23,879 nucleotides of DNA, taken from Selaginella moellendorffii (Eukaryota; Plantae; Lycopodiophyta). Under the pieces are notes generated by a model. The model was not told the DNA's origin and did not search any database. It saw only the letters and a list, made by a program, of their open reading frames with translations. Location: contig NW_003314469.1 of assembly GCF_000143415.4 (NCBI RefSeq), positions 43,619 through 67,497 on the forward strand, in the 5' to 3' direction. The first letter of the stretch is position 1, and the number at the start of each line of letters is the position of its first letter. The position numbers were made by a program, and so were the translations under genes. Shown piece after piece: positions 1 through 12,423 of the stretch.

Positions 1-640
1 TACTTGTTGCTTAGTGCTTCAACAGGAATACCAGAGGAGAAGAGACATCTTGCGACAGGCCAACTATAGGCTCCATGGTTCATGTGGAGGACACAGCCTG
101 ATTATGTAGAGGAGCTGTTGATATAAATGTAGAGAAGCAAGGTGACTTTGAGCTTGAACTGAGCAATGGGCTTGTACTTGGCCTTCTCGATACATATGTT
201 ACTGCTATGTGTGTTGGTCAGAGTGCTCACTTAGAGCAAAGAAGGAAAGACATTTGCTATTTTTTGTAGCCAGTCAAGGGTAGGAGACACCTTATATATA
301 ATGTAGTATTACAACACAAATACAATTGAATCTGGCACCACTTCACTTAATTTGTCCTCAGACATGTGATGCTAATAGTAATTGGATTTGACAGCACCAT
401 GTCCCTGTAGAGAAACGCATGGTCATCATTACCACTTCTAGAGCTGCTGCTCTGGATCACTGCCACCACGTTGAAGCTCACCTTGCCATTCAGAGATGGC
501 TCCAAAGTGATAGAGCAAACCAGGACCTCATCAATCTCTGCTGCTCGTGGGTGATGACAGACCCTGTAAGATCTTCATCCCTGTCCCTTGTGAGATCTTC
601 GTCCCTGTCCCTCGCACTGCCCTTCTCACCTGGCTGCTAC

Positions 641-772
641 GTACATGTGACTGATCCCAAACTGGTGGAGGATTCTCATGGCCTTGAGATCTTCTCACTG
701 GTGATGGTACATGTGACTGATCCCAAACTGGTGGAGGATTCTCATGGGCTTGAGATCTTCTCACTGGTGATG
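641..772. repeat. 66-bp tandem duplication (2 copies), next to a degenerate 24-bp duplication at about 562-610
   Basis: gtacatgtgactgatcccaaactgg...cactggtgatg starts at 641 and 707, with one mismatch. Confidence 0.95.
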
Positions 773-833
773 CTGCTGCTGCTACTGCTGTCATTCCGAC
801 TCCAAATCTCCTCTCTCTCTCCAGCCACTGCTG

Positions 834-1135
834 TCATAGATCAGATAGCGATATGTAGTGGTGCTTAAATTTTGTATCCTGGATCCACATGAGAATGACG
901 TGATAGCAAAGAGCAAGACTTACCTGTAGCATTAAGTCGACTCTACCATTGGGACTTCTAGATAGCCTTTCTGTCACCATACTGCCGTAAAAAGCTGTGA
1001 CAAAACCATACCCCAACCGAAGAACTTCCTCTAGCTTTAATAGCAAAACTCACAAAGCACTATGTTTACCTGTATCCCAAGATATTCACTGACTTTCTCC
1101 AAAAAGAATAGATATCAGAGGTTCCACTCTGTAAT
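834..1135 (-). pseudogene. SGR2: DDHD-domain phospholipase A1 (SGR2-like) fragment
   Basis: Minus-strand peptides YRVEPLI, YGSMVTERLSRSPNGRVDLMLQ, then a 45-nt GT-AG intron (923-879), then DTKFKHHYIS. These resemble the DDHD motifs AYRVEPL and GRIDHMLQ-DKTFEH. Truncated and with stops. Confidence 0.7.
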
Positions 1136-1399
1136 CAAGACGAAAGGATAAATGTAAACACTGCTAAGAGAGTATTCCATCATGTCCTCGCCAGTTTTTT
1201 TGCACTTGACTGCCAACACTTCCTCAAGAGAACTTGTCATAAACTGAAGAGCACCATGTATGGCTGTCGCGTATGACTATCCATGTAGAGACTACAGGGT
1301 TTATAGCGCTGCAAAATAGAAATCCCTCTCAATGCTTTAAAAACGCAAAACTGAAGAACAAGGAAGCGAACCGTGGATGAAATTTTCTATTTTTTCTCT

Positions 1400-1592
1400 T
1401 GGTTCCAGCCTTGAGCACCTGGAACAAACAGGAACTTTAAGCCTCGAAAGAGAATAGCGAAGAGCAAGAGAGTGAAAAACCTTGATTCTAGTCGTGGTTC
1501 CAGCCTCGAGAACCTGGAACAAACAGGGACTTGAGAGACCGGAAAGAAGAATAGCGACAAGCAAGAGAGTGAAGAACCTTGATTCTAGTCGT
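1400..1592. repeat. About 96-bp diverged tandem duplication covering the PKL-like stop and 3' UTR
   Basis: tggttccagcc...ccttgattctagtcgt occurs from 1400 and from 1495. Confidence 0.9.
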
Positions 1593-2339
1593 CGATGACA
1601 ACGTGAATCCCCTCGTTGTCCGAGACGTCGTCCTTCTTGTAGCTCCATCCACCATAGCCTCTTCACCTTTCACTCCCAATCCTCGTCGCATTTCCGAGCA
1701 GAGCATGTCGATCTGCTGAATGCACCTGCGCAGGTGGATGCTGGTGGATTTGTTCCCCGCATAAGTCTGGAAGGTGTCGAGCCTGTTCTCGCTGATCATC
1801 GAGCACAACTATGGCGACACAGAGAAAGCCGTGAGCCTCTCAAACCTTTGCAAATGGAGAAACAAACACAACCTCATTGTAATAGGCTGGAGCTTTCAGC
1901 CGCTTAGGATCGTTATCCAGTGCCGTTCCCAGGACTTCTTCCGGAGCTGTCCAAAAATGAACGCGTTAGAGTTTTTTCTAGTGTCTAAATCTAAGGAACT
2001 CACTCAAAGGTGTTGGATAAGGAACAAATGTGGGTTGCGGCTTTTGGTAGGAGGTTTTGGTCCCTCGCCAGGCTCGATGCCACCGTTGCTGCAATTGGCT
2101 GGAATATCTTGGTCATCCTGGAACATCTCAAGTTAGAATCGCAGGGATGACGATAGGGGGGTCAAGACTCTTTTACCAGATGATATTCTGCGTTGAGTAC
2201 TTTTTTCCATAAGTGTGACTCGTTTCTTCACGAACTGGATAATTCTCCTGTTGAAGAACGCTTCAGCGTCAGTTAAATGATTGTCATTTTCCGGTGCATG
2301 AGCTTTTGAACCTGAGAATGAACCAACTGGTGGCATCAT
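1585..2339 (-). pseudogene. PKL: PICKLE/CHD3 chromatin remodeler C-terminal fragment, copy 1 (longest)
   Basis: RRIIQFVKKRVTLMEK resembles PKL RRLVEFVKKRVLLLEK. ALDNDPKRL...YYNE, an intron, then CSMISENRLDTFQTY resemble the PKL C-terminal DNDPDRL..LYNEMC region. Frameshifted; stop at 1587-1585. Confidence 0.75.
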
Positions 2340-2375
2340 GTACAGCTGACTGTAGCCTTCTAAATCATTCCATCA

Positions 2376-2416
2376 AACACACACATCAAACACACACACA
2401 CACACACTCACAGAGG

Positions 2417-2481
<65 letters not shown>
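2376..2481. repeat. Compound microsatellite: CA-rich tract plus (AG)30
   Basis: Read directly; the AG run spans 2422-2481. Confidence 0.97.
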
Positions 2482-2484
<3 letters not shown>

Positions 2485-5400
2485 CTTCCTGCTAGCGATG
2501 ATCGACGCTCTCTCCTCGTGCTAACGCGCCCTAAAAGACAATTGAAAGTTTTTATGATCCCAAAAGTCACGGCTCTCCATTGTTTAATCTCAGCCGTTAG
2601 ATTTTGGCATATGCCCAGAATAAGTGTCGTCAGTATATGCCATTATTATACGAGCTCTTTCGTTTAAATATATGAGTATGACTAGCAGAGACCCCAGCTC
2701 CGTTGGGAGATATAGCATACCCAAGATAAATAGATCTTCTTTTCTAATTTTATTGTATACAAGGTTAAATTTATCAGATGCATTATAATTTATTATCAGA
2801 TAAATGATAAATCAGAAATCATAGATGAATTCTCAATAAAAAATTTAGTTATAATTCCATTGTTGTGAATATTCAAGTGACAATAGAAATGATGACTAAC
2901 ATATATTATTCCCCCTTTCAATTATATTCTGAGACTCTCACTCGAGAAGCTCTCATATTCAAAGCTTGATTTTAGATCTTGATATAGTTTATCTCTGGGA
3001 GGTATAGCATACCCAAGATAGATAAATCTTATTTTTCTAGTCTTACAGTTTTAGAAATTTTTCTTGTATATAAAGTTAGATTTATCTAAAATTTTTTACT
3101 ATTCATCTCAAGGGAAATGCACAATAATTCAAAAAGATAATAATGCAAGTGTTGGGGAAGATAAGATCATTTTTTATCATCATTAAATTTAAATTTGATG
3201 TTTTTATTACCTTTATAACATGGTGCACAACCCTAAACAAATCTACAGAATTGCTGCCATGCTTGAAAAACAATTGAGTTTTCACAAAAACAAAGAATCA
3301 TAGACTACCAAAAAATTAATAGGTTAGTATGAGAAATTATAATTTTAACTGCATACTGAGTTAAATTCTTTTTATCTGAACTATAATAATGCCTCTAACA
3401 TTCATAGTTTACTAAAGAATAATAGAATTTCTATTATGTGTCTGGTTTTACATTTTAAAACATACATAAATATCTATCTAGTTTGCTACCACATTTATAT
3501 TAAACCTCATAAGCTGAATGGTTTAGATTCTAGATTCCAGAGCAAACTAATATTCTCTTTTATATTCATCCAAAGATAATAATTACATTAGAGATATAAT
3601 TTTGTATTAAGACAAATCTGTATTACTGCTTGATGATAAAATTATAAATTCATTTCTGATATAAGATGTGGTATCTAATATGGTATAAGATATCTCATAC
3701 ACATACAAATATCAAATCAATTTCTTAATAATATCTGAAAATTTAGCAAAGACTTTTATATTTTTATTTAATCTTCTTGCTCATAACCTACTTAAATCTA
3801 TCGTCAGCTTTATATGAGTTTTATCTTTTGTCTAAATATTGAAACAATGATTTATTTTCTATAGTTAAAACGTATGCTTTATATAAGTCTAGCAAATATA
3901 ACTCCACTGGCAGACATAAAAATAATATTTTTAAAATACTTATATGAGATTTTTTATAAAATAAAATTATTAATACATCTATAATGCAGAACATAATTTA
4001 ACATAGATCAAGAGTGTGTAAGAAATTTTGTAACTTATAATATAAAAGATAACTACTATGAAATTAAAATGATGAAGAGACAAAATACTTGAGAAGGAAA
4101 AACATAGAAGAAATTTTTACAAATAAGAATTAAAAATGTTAGAAAGAGATTTCTAAATGAACTTCTCATGAAAAAGAGTTTCAGGTTAAACATTAGTAGA
4201 ACAACTTCCAATTAAATATCTAGATTGTTAGGAATAAATTTGAAAATATTAAACTAAGATTTCTCAAGATTATATTTAGATGATATCATCCTAGAAGTTA
4301 TGATTATAAAAGCTTATAGATGTTATGACTTTGAAAGCTTTAATAAACTCTGCAACCTGCAACAATTTTATTCAAGATTGTGTCTAGCCAACGGATTTTA
4401 AATTATATAAACATAAAAATTTTAAAAATTTCAGTTTAAATATAAAATTGAAATTAATATAATAAAACTGAAATTATCTAAATTATAACATGATTATAAA
4501 CAATTAAAGATTATATTAAAGATTAATTTTGTAAGAAAAGCTAGATCTAGCACTTAAATAATAGTATTATTATATTTTGTACATGTTACTATATTCAATA
4601 TAGTGAAATTTTATTATCAATGCTGGGAGAAATAAAAATTAAGGATTAAAGTCCCAGCTACATTGAGAGTATTGTGTTTATTTCTAATGTCTTAGTAATT
4701 TAAAAGAGTTGTAATTTTAATTTTAATTTCAAAAATATTCAAAATGATAACATATATAGTTAAACATAATATAATATTTATATTAAAATTCAATTCTATA
4801 ATTGACCCTATCACCAGCACATATCATAACATAATAAATATAGCTCATAGCATTATATTACATATAAAATTTTAACTGCTGAATGAAGTTTTGGATATTT
4901 TATAAATGGAATAGCTTACAATGGAATCCCATGGGCAGATGAGTCATTTAGAGATTGAGGTTAGGTAATTAATTGTTCCTTTTATTTTTAAACTATATAA
5001 TTGATAACAAAAAGTATTATTACTTGATGATTTATTCAACACTATAATTTTTACTCTTACTAAAGTAAGTGTTAATTAATTACAATAAAATATATTTTAT
5101 AAATTTAAAATTATAGACATTGTTATGGAGTTTAGTTTTACATCACTTCAAACTGAAAATTTTTAATTGCATTAAATGTTTTACTTTTATGTGTTTTACT
5201 TTATTTGAACTTTTCATTTTTTACATATTTGACTTCAGTATTTGCTTTTTTGTCTAATTTTTATATTTATGCATTTTGAGTGTAATATGTAAATTTAGAC
5301 CTATTATATTATATATTAGAAGGAATCATTTTGTATATGTGTTATATAGAGAGGCTTTATAAAGCTTTAATAATTTAAGGCTTTATAAAATTGTTTTAAT

Positions 5401-6092
5401 AATTTTTTTATTGCTTTAATAAATTGCTTAATAATAACTTGCTTAATAATTGCTTTAATAATTTAAGGCTTTATAAAATTGTTATAATGGCTGAAATTTA
5501 TATAATGATAAATGTATGGTAAGGTTTGACTCTATACTGGGCTGCAGATTCGATTATTTACAACCCTTTTCTTTATGCTAGAACAATAATATATCAGAAA
5601 ATTCATGAATAGTATATCGATACATTTCATATATGTAAGTTTCAATTGATGATGAATGAAATAAATCTTAGAATATATCTTAGGCATGACAACTCAATGT
5701 ATTTAATTTCCGTTATATATTAATAAGTACCATTAGATTACTGATAGAAACTAAATTATTATACAGAAGAAGCAGCTAAAAATATTAAGTTATCTATTTT
5801 AAGTTAGAATATATCATATTGTTATATACACTATTTTCTTCATATTATACTTTAAAATATTTTTATGATTTCGAATTCTATGTTTTCCAAAAATTACACA
5901 TAATAAATTCTCTATAAGTACATAGTATGTTATTTTATTTTTATAGTATTTTTATATTTGTATTTGACATCCTCCCCATTCATAGTATTTATATTCATAC
6001 TTTTAAGAGTAACTAATGAAAAGTTAAAATATTATATTATATATCATTATCATTATTTCTGTATATAGTTTTATATTAAGATAATGCTAATA

Positions 6093-6436
6093 NNNNNNNN
6101 NNNNNNNNNNNNNNNNNNNNNNNNNNNNNNNNNNNNNNNNNNNNNNNNNNNNNNNNNNNNNNNNNNNNNNNNNNNNNNNNNNNNNNNNNNNNNNNNNNNN
6201 NNNNNNNNNNNNNNNNNNNNNNNNNNNNNNNNNNNNNNNNNNNNNNNNNNNNNNNNNNNNNNNNNNNNNNNNNNNNNNNNNNNNNNNNNNNNNNNNNNNN
6301 NNNNNNNNNNNNNNNNNNNNNNNNNNNNNNNNNNNNNNNNNNNNNNNNNNNNNNNNNNNNNNNNNNNNNNNNNNNNNNNNNNNNNNNNNNNNNNNNNNNN
6401 NNNNNNNNNNNNNNNNNNNNNNNNNNNNNNNNNNNN
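6093..6436. other. Assembly gap (344 N)
   Basis: Run of N. Confidence 1.
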
Positions 6437-7169
6437 GAGAAATAGATCTTCTTTTCAATTTTACAATGTCAGAAATTATGCTTGTAAACAATGTTAAATT
6501 TATCTTAATTTTGCTACTATTCATCTCCAGAGAAATGGACAATAATGCAATTAAATAATAATGCAAATTTTGGGGAATATAAGATCATTTTTTAATCATC
6601 ATTAAATTTGAATTTGAAATTTTTATTACCTTTTTATTAAAAATTTTATTTGAATTTGATTTTTTATTGCAAGTAGAATAGCTTTGGTAGGTGTTAGTTC
6701 TGTTTAGATCATCATGCAACGATGCTGTTTCTTATTGATAAGTATTTTTGGTTTTTTTTTCTGTTTTGTATTCAAGCAAACATAGCAATAGCACAATAGA
6801 ATAGAGATTCTTGTATGTGCAAGTCACTCTTTTTTTCTGTTTTACTGTTTTCTGCCTGCACGTTTCCTTTTGAATGTTTTAAGCGTTTTTAGGATTGTGA
6901 TCTAGAGCGACATATAGACTTTTTTGTTTTTTAGCTAATACCTTTACGAGAGAGAGCAAAACACTAAATAAAATCAAACACGGAAATCATTTCTATGCCC
7001 TGAGTTAATGTACAAATATCATGTACTGAATCAAACCAAGCTCATGGCTTCAAAGGTGTGTCTATAAACACGTACATACACAACAGTTGTCTTATTCCTT
7101 CAGAAATGGCTTTTTTAAAAACAGTTCATGGCTTTGTCTGTAAGAAAGTAGAGTAGGCTGCCATGTAGA

Positions 7170-7395
7170 GCTCCAATCCTTGTTCTCCACCACCTCAGCT
7201 GCCATGTACTTCGCTGTTGTGATATCTCCTAAAGGTGCTGATCACCACTTTCTCGCACATGTTTAGCTTGGAAAGAATGTTGTCGAGCTTGAGATCCTGG
7301 TGACCCACGCCTCTCAAATAAATCTATTTGAAAGTCTTTACCAGCTGCTTGATGATTCTGGCTGCTTTCTCCTCACCAATCTTCTTGCAAATATG
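7170..7395 (-). pseudogene. Ser/Thr protein kinase fragment (CAMK/CDPK-like, subdomains VI-VIII)
   Basis: EEKAARIIKQLVKTFK*IYLRGVGHQDLKLDNIL (degenerate HRDLK..NIL); after a frameshift, TAKYMAAEVV (YMAPEV). Contains an internal stop. Confidence 0.75.
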
Positions 7396-7432
7396 CTATA
7401 TTTAAAAGACCACATAATTATGGAATAACGCC

Positions 7433-7950
7433 TTAAGAAATGAAGGCAATATTTCCACCAATGAACGTAACCAATCGAGGAAAAATGCCCGTGCCCCGTC
7501 CAAAATGAGACTCAGACAACACTACAAAGTCGGCAAACTTTCCTTGCGTCAGCGACCCAACCAAATCTTCTAATGCAGCTGAATACACAGCCGAGGATGT
7601 GTACCTGTGAATCCAAAAACACGAACTGCATTTCAGTTTTGTCATCTGTTTTCTCTTACCCTGCCACTGCGTCCCATGCAGAAATCCTTTCCTCGGGAAT
7701 CCAGGGATGACTCCAGCCCGAAGGTGTTCTCTCCATGGCAGTGCAGATCCCTCCAACTGGATTCACGGCTACCACCTTGAGACAAACCATTCACGTAACG
7801 CCAAAGAAAAAGTAATTGACAGGCTTACAGGCCAGTCGGATCCTAACCACGCTACCGTTTTCGAGGGACCAGAGGTTATAAGATCCGCATGAGTGCCTTC
7901 TAACCAAATTTCTTCACGGCGTAGTAAGCATCATCTAGAAGTTGCTCTGG
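7433..7950 (-). pseudogene. LAF3: Amidohydrolase_3 family (LAF3-like) C-terminal three-exon fragment
   Basis: Exons PEQLLDDAYYAVKKFG*...LGSDWP | VNPVGGICTAMERTPSGWSHPWIPEERIS | YTSSAVYSAALEDLVGSLTQGKFADFVVLS, with GSDWP and GSL.PGK.ADFV.LS-type motifs. Confidence 0.8.
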
Positions 7951-8026
7951 CTGTACAAAAATATAGGGTTTTGCAATGGAGGCAAAATGCAGGTCTACTG
8001 GTCGATGCGCACAATGCATGGTTTCT

Positions 8027-9551
8027 TCAGATTCCTCTCTGCTCGGTTTGGCCTTTACTACGGCCTTTTGGACGTCCTGTGGTTTCCTTCTGTGATGTTT
8101 TCCTTCCTGGCGTTAGAGAGTAACTGAGGATCAAACGAAACAAACCTCGCCATGTAAGATAGCACTGCCTGAGCAAAGCCAGGCTTGTACGAGAAGAGCA
8201 GCCCATGGAAGAGCTTCCCATCGATGGAGGCTTCTAGTTGAATACGTCGCTTACTCTAGCCTTGAACATCTTCTCGCCTAGTGGCTGAACGTGAGCTTGA
8301 AACTCTGTAGCATGAGTTTGACAGGGAAATATTGGAGAGGTCCAAGGTTTTCCACAGATACCTCCGTGAGATGAAACCAAGCTCTTGTCCGCATCCCGTT
8401 GCTTGTCTAGCATGAATGGCGTGGCACGATACTCTTGCTGCCTTCTCTTAAGTTCCTTACGCATGGATAGCTTTGGTTCTGATGGATCTTTCTCCCTCAG
8501 CATCTCTTCACAGAAAAACGGCAACCATATTGTCAAGAATGGCAGCAATGTCAATAAAAGAAGAAGCCAACCTGTGTCGAGGAAATACATGTCATCCAGA
8601 GCTTCAAGCTCTTCGTTACATCCCCCATAGAAGAATAATATGCCTCGCTCTGCGTTCACAGAATCTCCTGCAAGGGAGAAACGTGGAGAAGGCCCGGGAC
8701 CAGAGGGATTCGAAGTCGCCCAAACACCAGTCGCTACAAAATACATAAAAGCCCCATGAGAGACCAACAGGAAACAAATCTACCTACAAGCGCACGTACT
8801 TAAGTCAAGAGTATGGACGTCATTGAATAGCTTGCGATCATCGGAGAATCCTCCAAACACGACAAGATACTTTCCATGGCTGATTGTTGTGTGCCCGGCT
8901 CTTGGCATCAGCTCGGCACCAGTCGTCTTTACCTCCGCCATGCCATTGTTTCTGGAAACGCAAATGAATTCGCAAGTTTAAAACCAGCACAATGTATGTA
9001 CCTGTGTCCAGAATATGAACATCGTTTAGATAGGCATTACCACCGTCCTCGCCACCCATGACAACGAAACAGTTCTTAAGGTATGGCTATCCCGAGAAAT
9101 AGGCGAGACTCCAGTGGTAGAAATCTTCTTCCAGACAAAAGTATCTACAGGGAAAAAAAAAGTTTAGAAGAAAACAAGGAAAGTTAACAGAATATTACTC
9201 GTGTTCAAAACATGGAGGTCGTTGTAGTACTCCTCCTCTGAGGGATCGCTGGATTTCCCACTTCTTCCAAACATGAACAGGTTGTCACCGATGAGAGACG
9301 TGCTATGTCCTTCTCTCAAAGCAGGAACATCACCGAAGTGTTGGTAGCTGCATCGGATGATAAGAACAAGAAAAAAAAATCGATAGAACTCGGAGCTTAC
9401 CAGTATCCAAAACAAAGAGTATGATTGAGCGGGCTGGTTCCATCGGTACCACCAAACACATGGAGCTTAGACCCGACGGCCATTGAGCTGTGGCTGTCTC
9501 GAGGAGAAGGGTGCGTTCCTTTCATCACAGGCTTGCTCCAGGTGTACATCC
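8027..9551 (-). pseudogene. Multi-exon kelch-repeat (galactose oxidase/kelch superfamily) gene, 5'-truncated, copy 1
   Basis: Kelch motifs PSPRDSHS, VFGG, GGEDGGNAYLNDVHILDT and PRAGHT with short GT-AG introns. Starts at an intron acceptor. Deletions near 8237, 9078 and 9337 relative to copy 2. Confidence 0.85.
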
Positions 9552-9588
9552 CTGCGCGATCCCACCAGAAGAGTGAAGAACCTTGATT

Positions 9589-10259
9589 CTAGTCGTCGAT
9601 GACAACGTGAATCCCCTCGTTGTCCGAGACGTTGTCCCTGTCATGAGCTCCATCCACCATAGCCTGTTCGCCTTTCACTCCCAATCCTCGTCACATTTCC
9701 GAGCAGAGCACGTCGATCTGTCAAATGCACCTGCGCAGGCGGATGCCAGCGATTTTTTTCCCAGCGTAAGTCTGGAAGGCATCAAGCCTGTTCTCGCTGA
9801 CCATCGAGCACAACTATGGCAACACAGAGAAAGCCGTGAGCCTCTCAAACCTTTGCAAATGGAGAAACAAACACAACCTCGTTGTAATAGGCTGGGACTT
9901 TCAGCCGCTTAGGATCGTTATCCAGTGCCGTTCCCAGGACTTCTTCCGGAGCTGTCTAAAAATGAATGCGTTACAGTTTTTTCTAGTGTCTAAATCGAAG
10001 GAACTCACTCAAAGGTGTTGGATAAGGAACAAATGTAGGTTGCGGCTTTTGGTAGGAGTTTTTTTGGTCCCTCACCAGGCTCGACACCGCCGTTGCTGCA
10101 ATTGGCCGGAATATCTTGGTCATCCTGGAACATCTCAAGTTAGAATCGCAGGGACGACGATAGGGGGGTCGAGACTCTTTTACCAGATGATATTCTCAGT
10201 TGAGTACTTTTGCCATAAGTGTGACTCTTTTCTTCACGAACTCGGTAATTCTACGAACT
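9589..10259 (-). pseudogene. PKL: PICKLE/CHD3 C-terminal fragment, copy 2
   Basis: Close match to 1585-2243; RRITEFVKKRVTLM; in-frame stops. Confidence 0.75.
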
Positions 10260-11527
10260 CTACAAACAGAGACAAATCCCTTCCTAGGGTTAGAAATAGG
10301 ATAAATGAAACGTACCATCTACATATCAATCTGCAAAGCATACTTAAGCAAAGCATTCCCTCCCAGTCGATGGAGCGGTTGCAAATCTAGAATTGAAACA
10401 GTACCTCCCATATTGCCATCTTGGCCGTCTATATCAATCGTCACAGATTTGGACAGTCAGATTAATAGTATCTACCATAAGTAAAAATGGATATTCTTAA
10501 AATAGAATATGTGACGCCGATGCCAAAATAGCAACTTTAAATAAAGAGTTTGACTAGCTGGGATCCCAGCTCCGCTGAGAGAAGTACAAAATATTTTGGG
10601 CACATTGAATTTTTAAGCATTTTAGCGTCAAGAGTAAGCATTTTAATATTAATTTTAAAATAATCAGTTGAAAGTTATAGTTGTAAGCTCTAGAAAGAAA
10701 GGCTTTGTAATTAATCAAAACTGGCTTCTTTTATTTTACAAGTTTTGTGCTTGAAATGAAAGCAAATGCCTTTCTAAATTCATCATCCTAGAGATGGAAC
10801 ATATGATATCCATAATTAAAAGTTACAACATCTACTTGAAATCTTGATATCAAGGGAGGGTGTTCTAGCATAACCCACTTGGTTTTAAATCAAAGGAAGA
10901 TAAAAACAGAAGTGTTCAAAGGCTTGCTTTTTATTCTAGATTTCCTGTCCAAGTTTTAACCAGTGAAGTTCTACAGAATCTTAGATTTTTTCAGTGACTT
11001 ACTGTAAAGTGGCAAGAAGAAATTGAAGAGAGGTGGTGGAAGTTTAATGAGGACCCAAGCAGCTTTATTCTACTCAACATGGATATTGAGTTCAGAGTCA
11101 TTGCCTTTGGAACACATCAAAGTCAGCCTGGGGGTTCTACTTGCAGAGGAACTTCTTGCATGCTCTCTTTTGATCACAAAGCATTTGATGTTAAGAAACT
11201 GCTAAAAGAGAAAAAGAAATGCAAAATCTAAGACATAATAGTGTTAGGCCATAAAATATAACTTTTTGACCAAAGCAATGCTGATAAGTGAGATCTGTGA
11301 ATTTTAGTTTCCTGTTGTGCATACTTGAAAATTTGAGAGTTAAGAAATCCAGATTATTATAATGCAAGAAAGAGCCAGACCATATAAAGTGAAAAAGAGT
11401 TGGACTTTTGTAAATCTTTGACGAAGGCAACACAGATACATGAGACCTGGTGACTCTTTAATTTTCAAACCCGCAGGGAGAACAGAGGTAAGATTCCTTC
11501 CAAACCATGAAGAAAAATCACAAATGC

Positions 11528-12140
11528 ATGGCTTGCACTCTCCTGCTCTTGCTTTTGGTTGTGCCTGCCATTGTTTTTCTAGCCCGCCATCACCAACACC
11601 GTTCAGCCAAACAAAACCCAACAAGCAAAGAAGCTCTGGAAGTGTGGGACGAAGTCTCCAAGCTCTCACAGCATGATCTTAAGTGTCTGGCACTCTTCAT
11701 CTCCCCACTCACCACAATCTCCACCAAAACCTATGGATGCCTGCCTCCATCCCCAGCTGGAAGCCATCCCCAAACTTCCAACACTTGAGCCCTCCTCAGA
11801 CTCCAAAGCTTGGGGTCCAGTGTACAAGGAAGACACCACCTCCGCTAACAAACACCTTATGGTTGTGTTCCGGGGCACCTCCACCCAGGCAAACACATGT
11901 GTCAATTGGATCCTGTTTGGAGAGCTACCAAGGACGTCACTTACAAGTCTGAGCTCTTGCCTCTCCACCTATTCCAACCAGACCTCGACTACATCTCCCA
12001 CAATGTGAGCTACACACACCAAGTTGTGGAGGTGTGTCCAAACGCATCGCTTCTACTCATTGGTGCCAGACTCACAGTTCTCATCTAGGCATCGCTCGAT
12101 GGACTTGCTGCTGTTGTTGCTGTCAGCAGCCTGGGAGCTG
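11528..12140 (+). pseudogene. Probable class-3 lipase (ATG15-like) fragment, opposite in orientation to the element
   Basis: Hydrophobic N-terminus MACTLLLLLLVVPAIVFLA, then LMVVFRGT, then VCPNASLLLIG...ASLDGLAAVVA (degenerate GxSLGG). Spread over several frames. Confidence 0.45.
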
Positions 12141-12423
12141 GAGGCTCGCTGCAGTTGTGGTCCTTTCAGCTCTCTTACAAGATGAATCGTAATATGGCTG
12201 TGATTGGAAACGGGTGGGATTCCGTGTTCACGGTGTCATGGGTTTCCCCATGTCATTAAATTCCCCGTATTCCTTTTACAAAAAAATAACTGAAACAATA
12301 GGGCTTACCATCGTGTTAATTCCTAGAACACACGTTTTTCAATTTTTTTTACACCAATTCATACACTTCCTGTCACCCTCAGAATAGATCTTGGATCCTT
12401 ACAAGTTGTTTAGTGGTGATCCG

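Larger units (their letters stand above)
1..2681 (-). mobile_element. Helitron-like element A (5' end at 2681; 3' end not seen, probably left of the window)
   Basis: The minus strand starts TCATACTCATATATTTAAAC at 2681, directly after the CTAG of the neighbouring element. It matches the other 5' ends in the window and is followed by (CT)n and minus-strand PKL-like and SGR2-like fragments. Confidence 0.65.
2682..10553 (-). mobile_element. Helitron-like element B (possibly two elements with a junction hidden in the N gap)
   Basis: 5' end TCAAACTCTTTATTTAAAG at 10553. 3' end CTAG at 2685-2682 with the hairpin cccagc-tcc-gttggg (2693-2707). AT-rich 3' body; PKL, kelch, LAF3 and kinase cargo; no transposase ORF. 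Confidence 0.75.

Noticed and set aside
419-868. 149-aa ORF with a repeated peptide, or a CRISPR-like array
   Set aside because: Explained by contiguous 66-bp and 24-bp duplications with no spacers; eukaryotic context and no recognisable domain.
6084-6566. ORFs spanning the gap
   Set aside because: Artefacts of the N run.
8027-9551. Functional kelch gene pair
   Set aside because: Both copies lack the 5' exons and carry frameshifting deletions or a premature stop.
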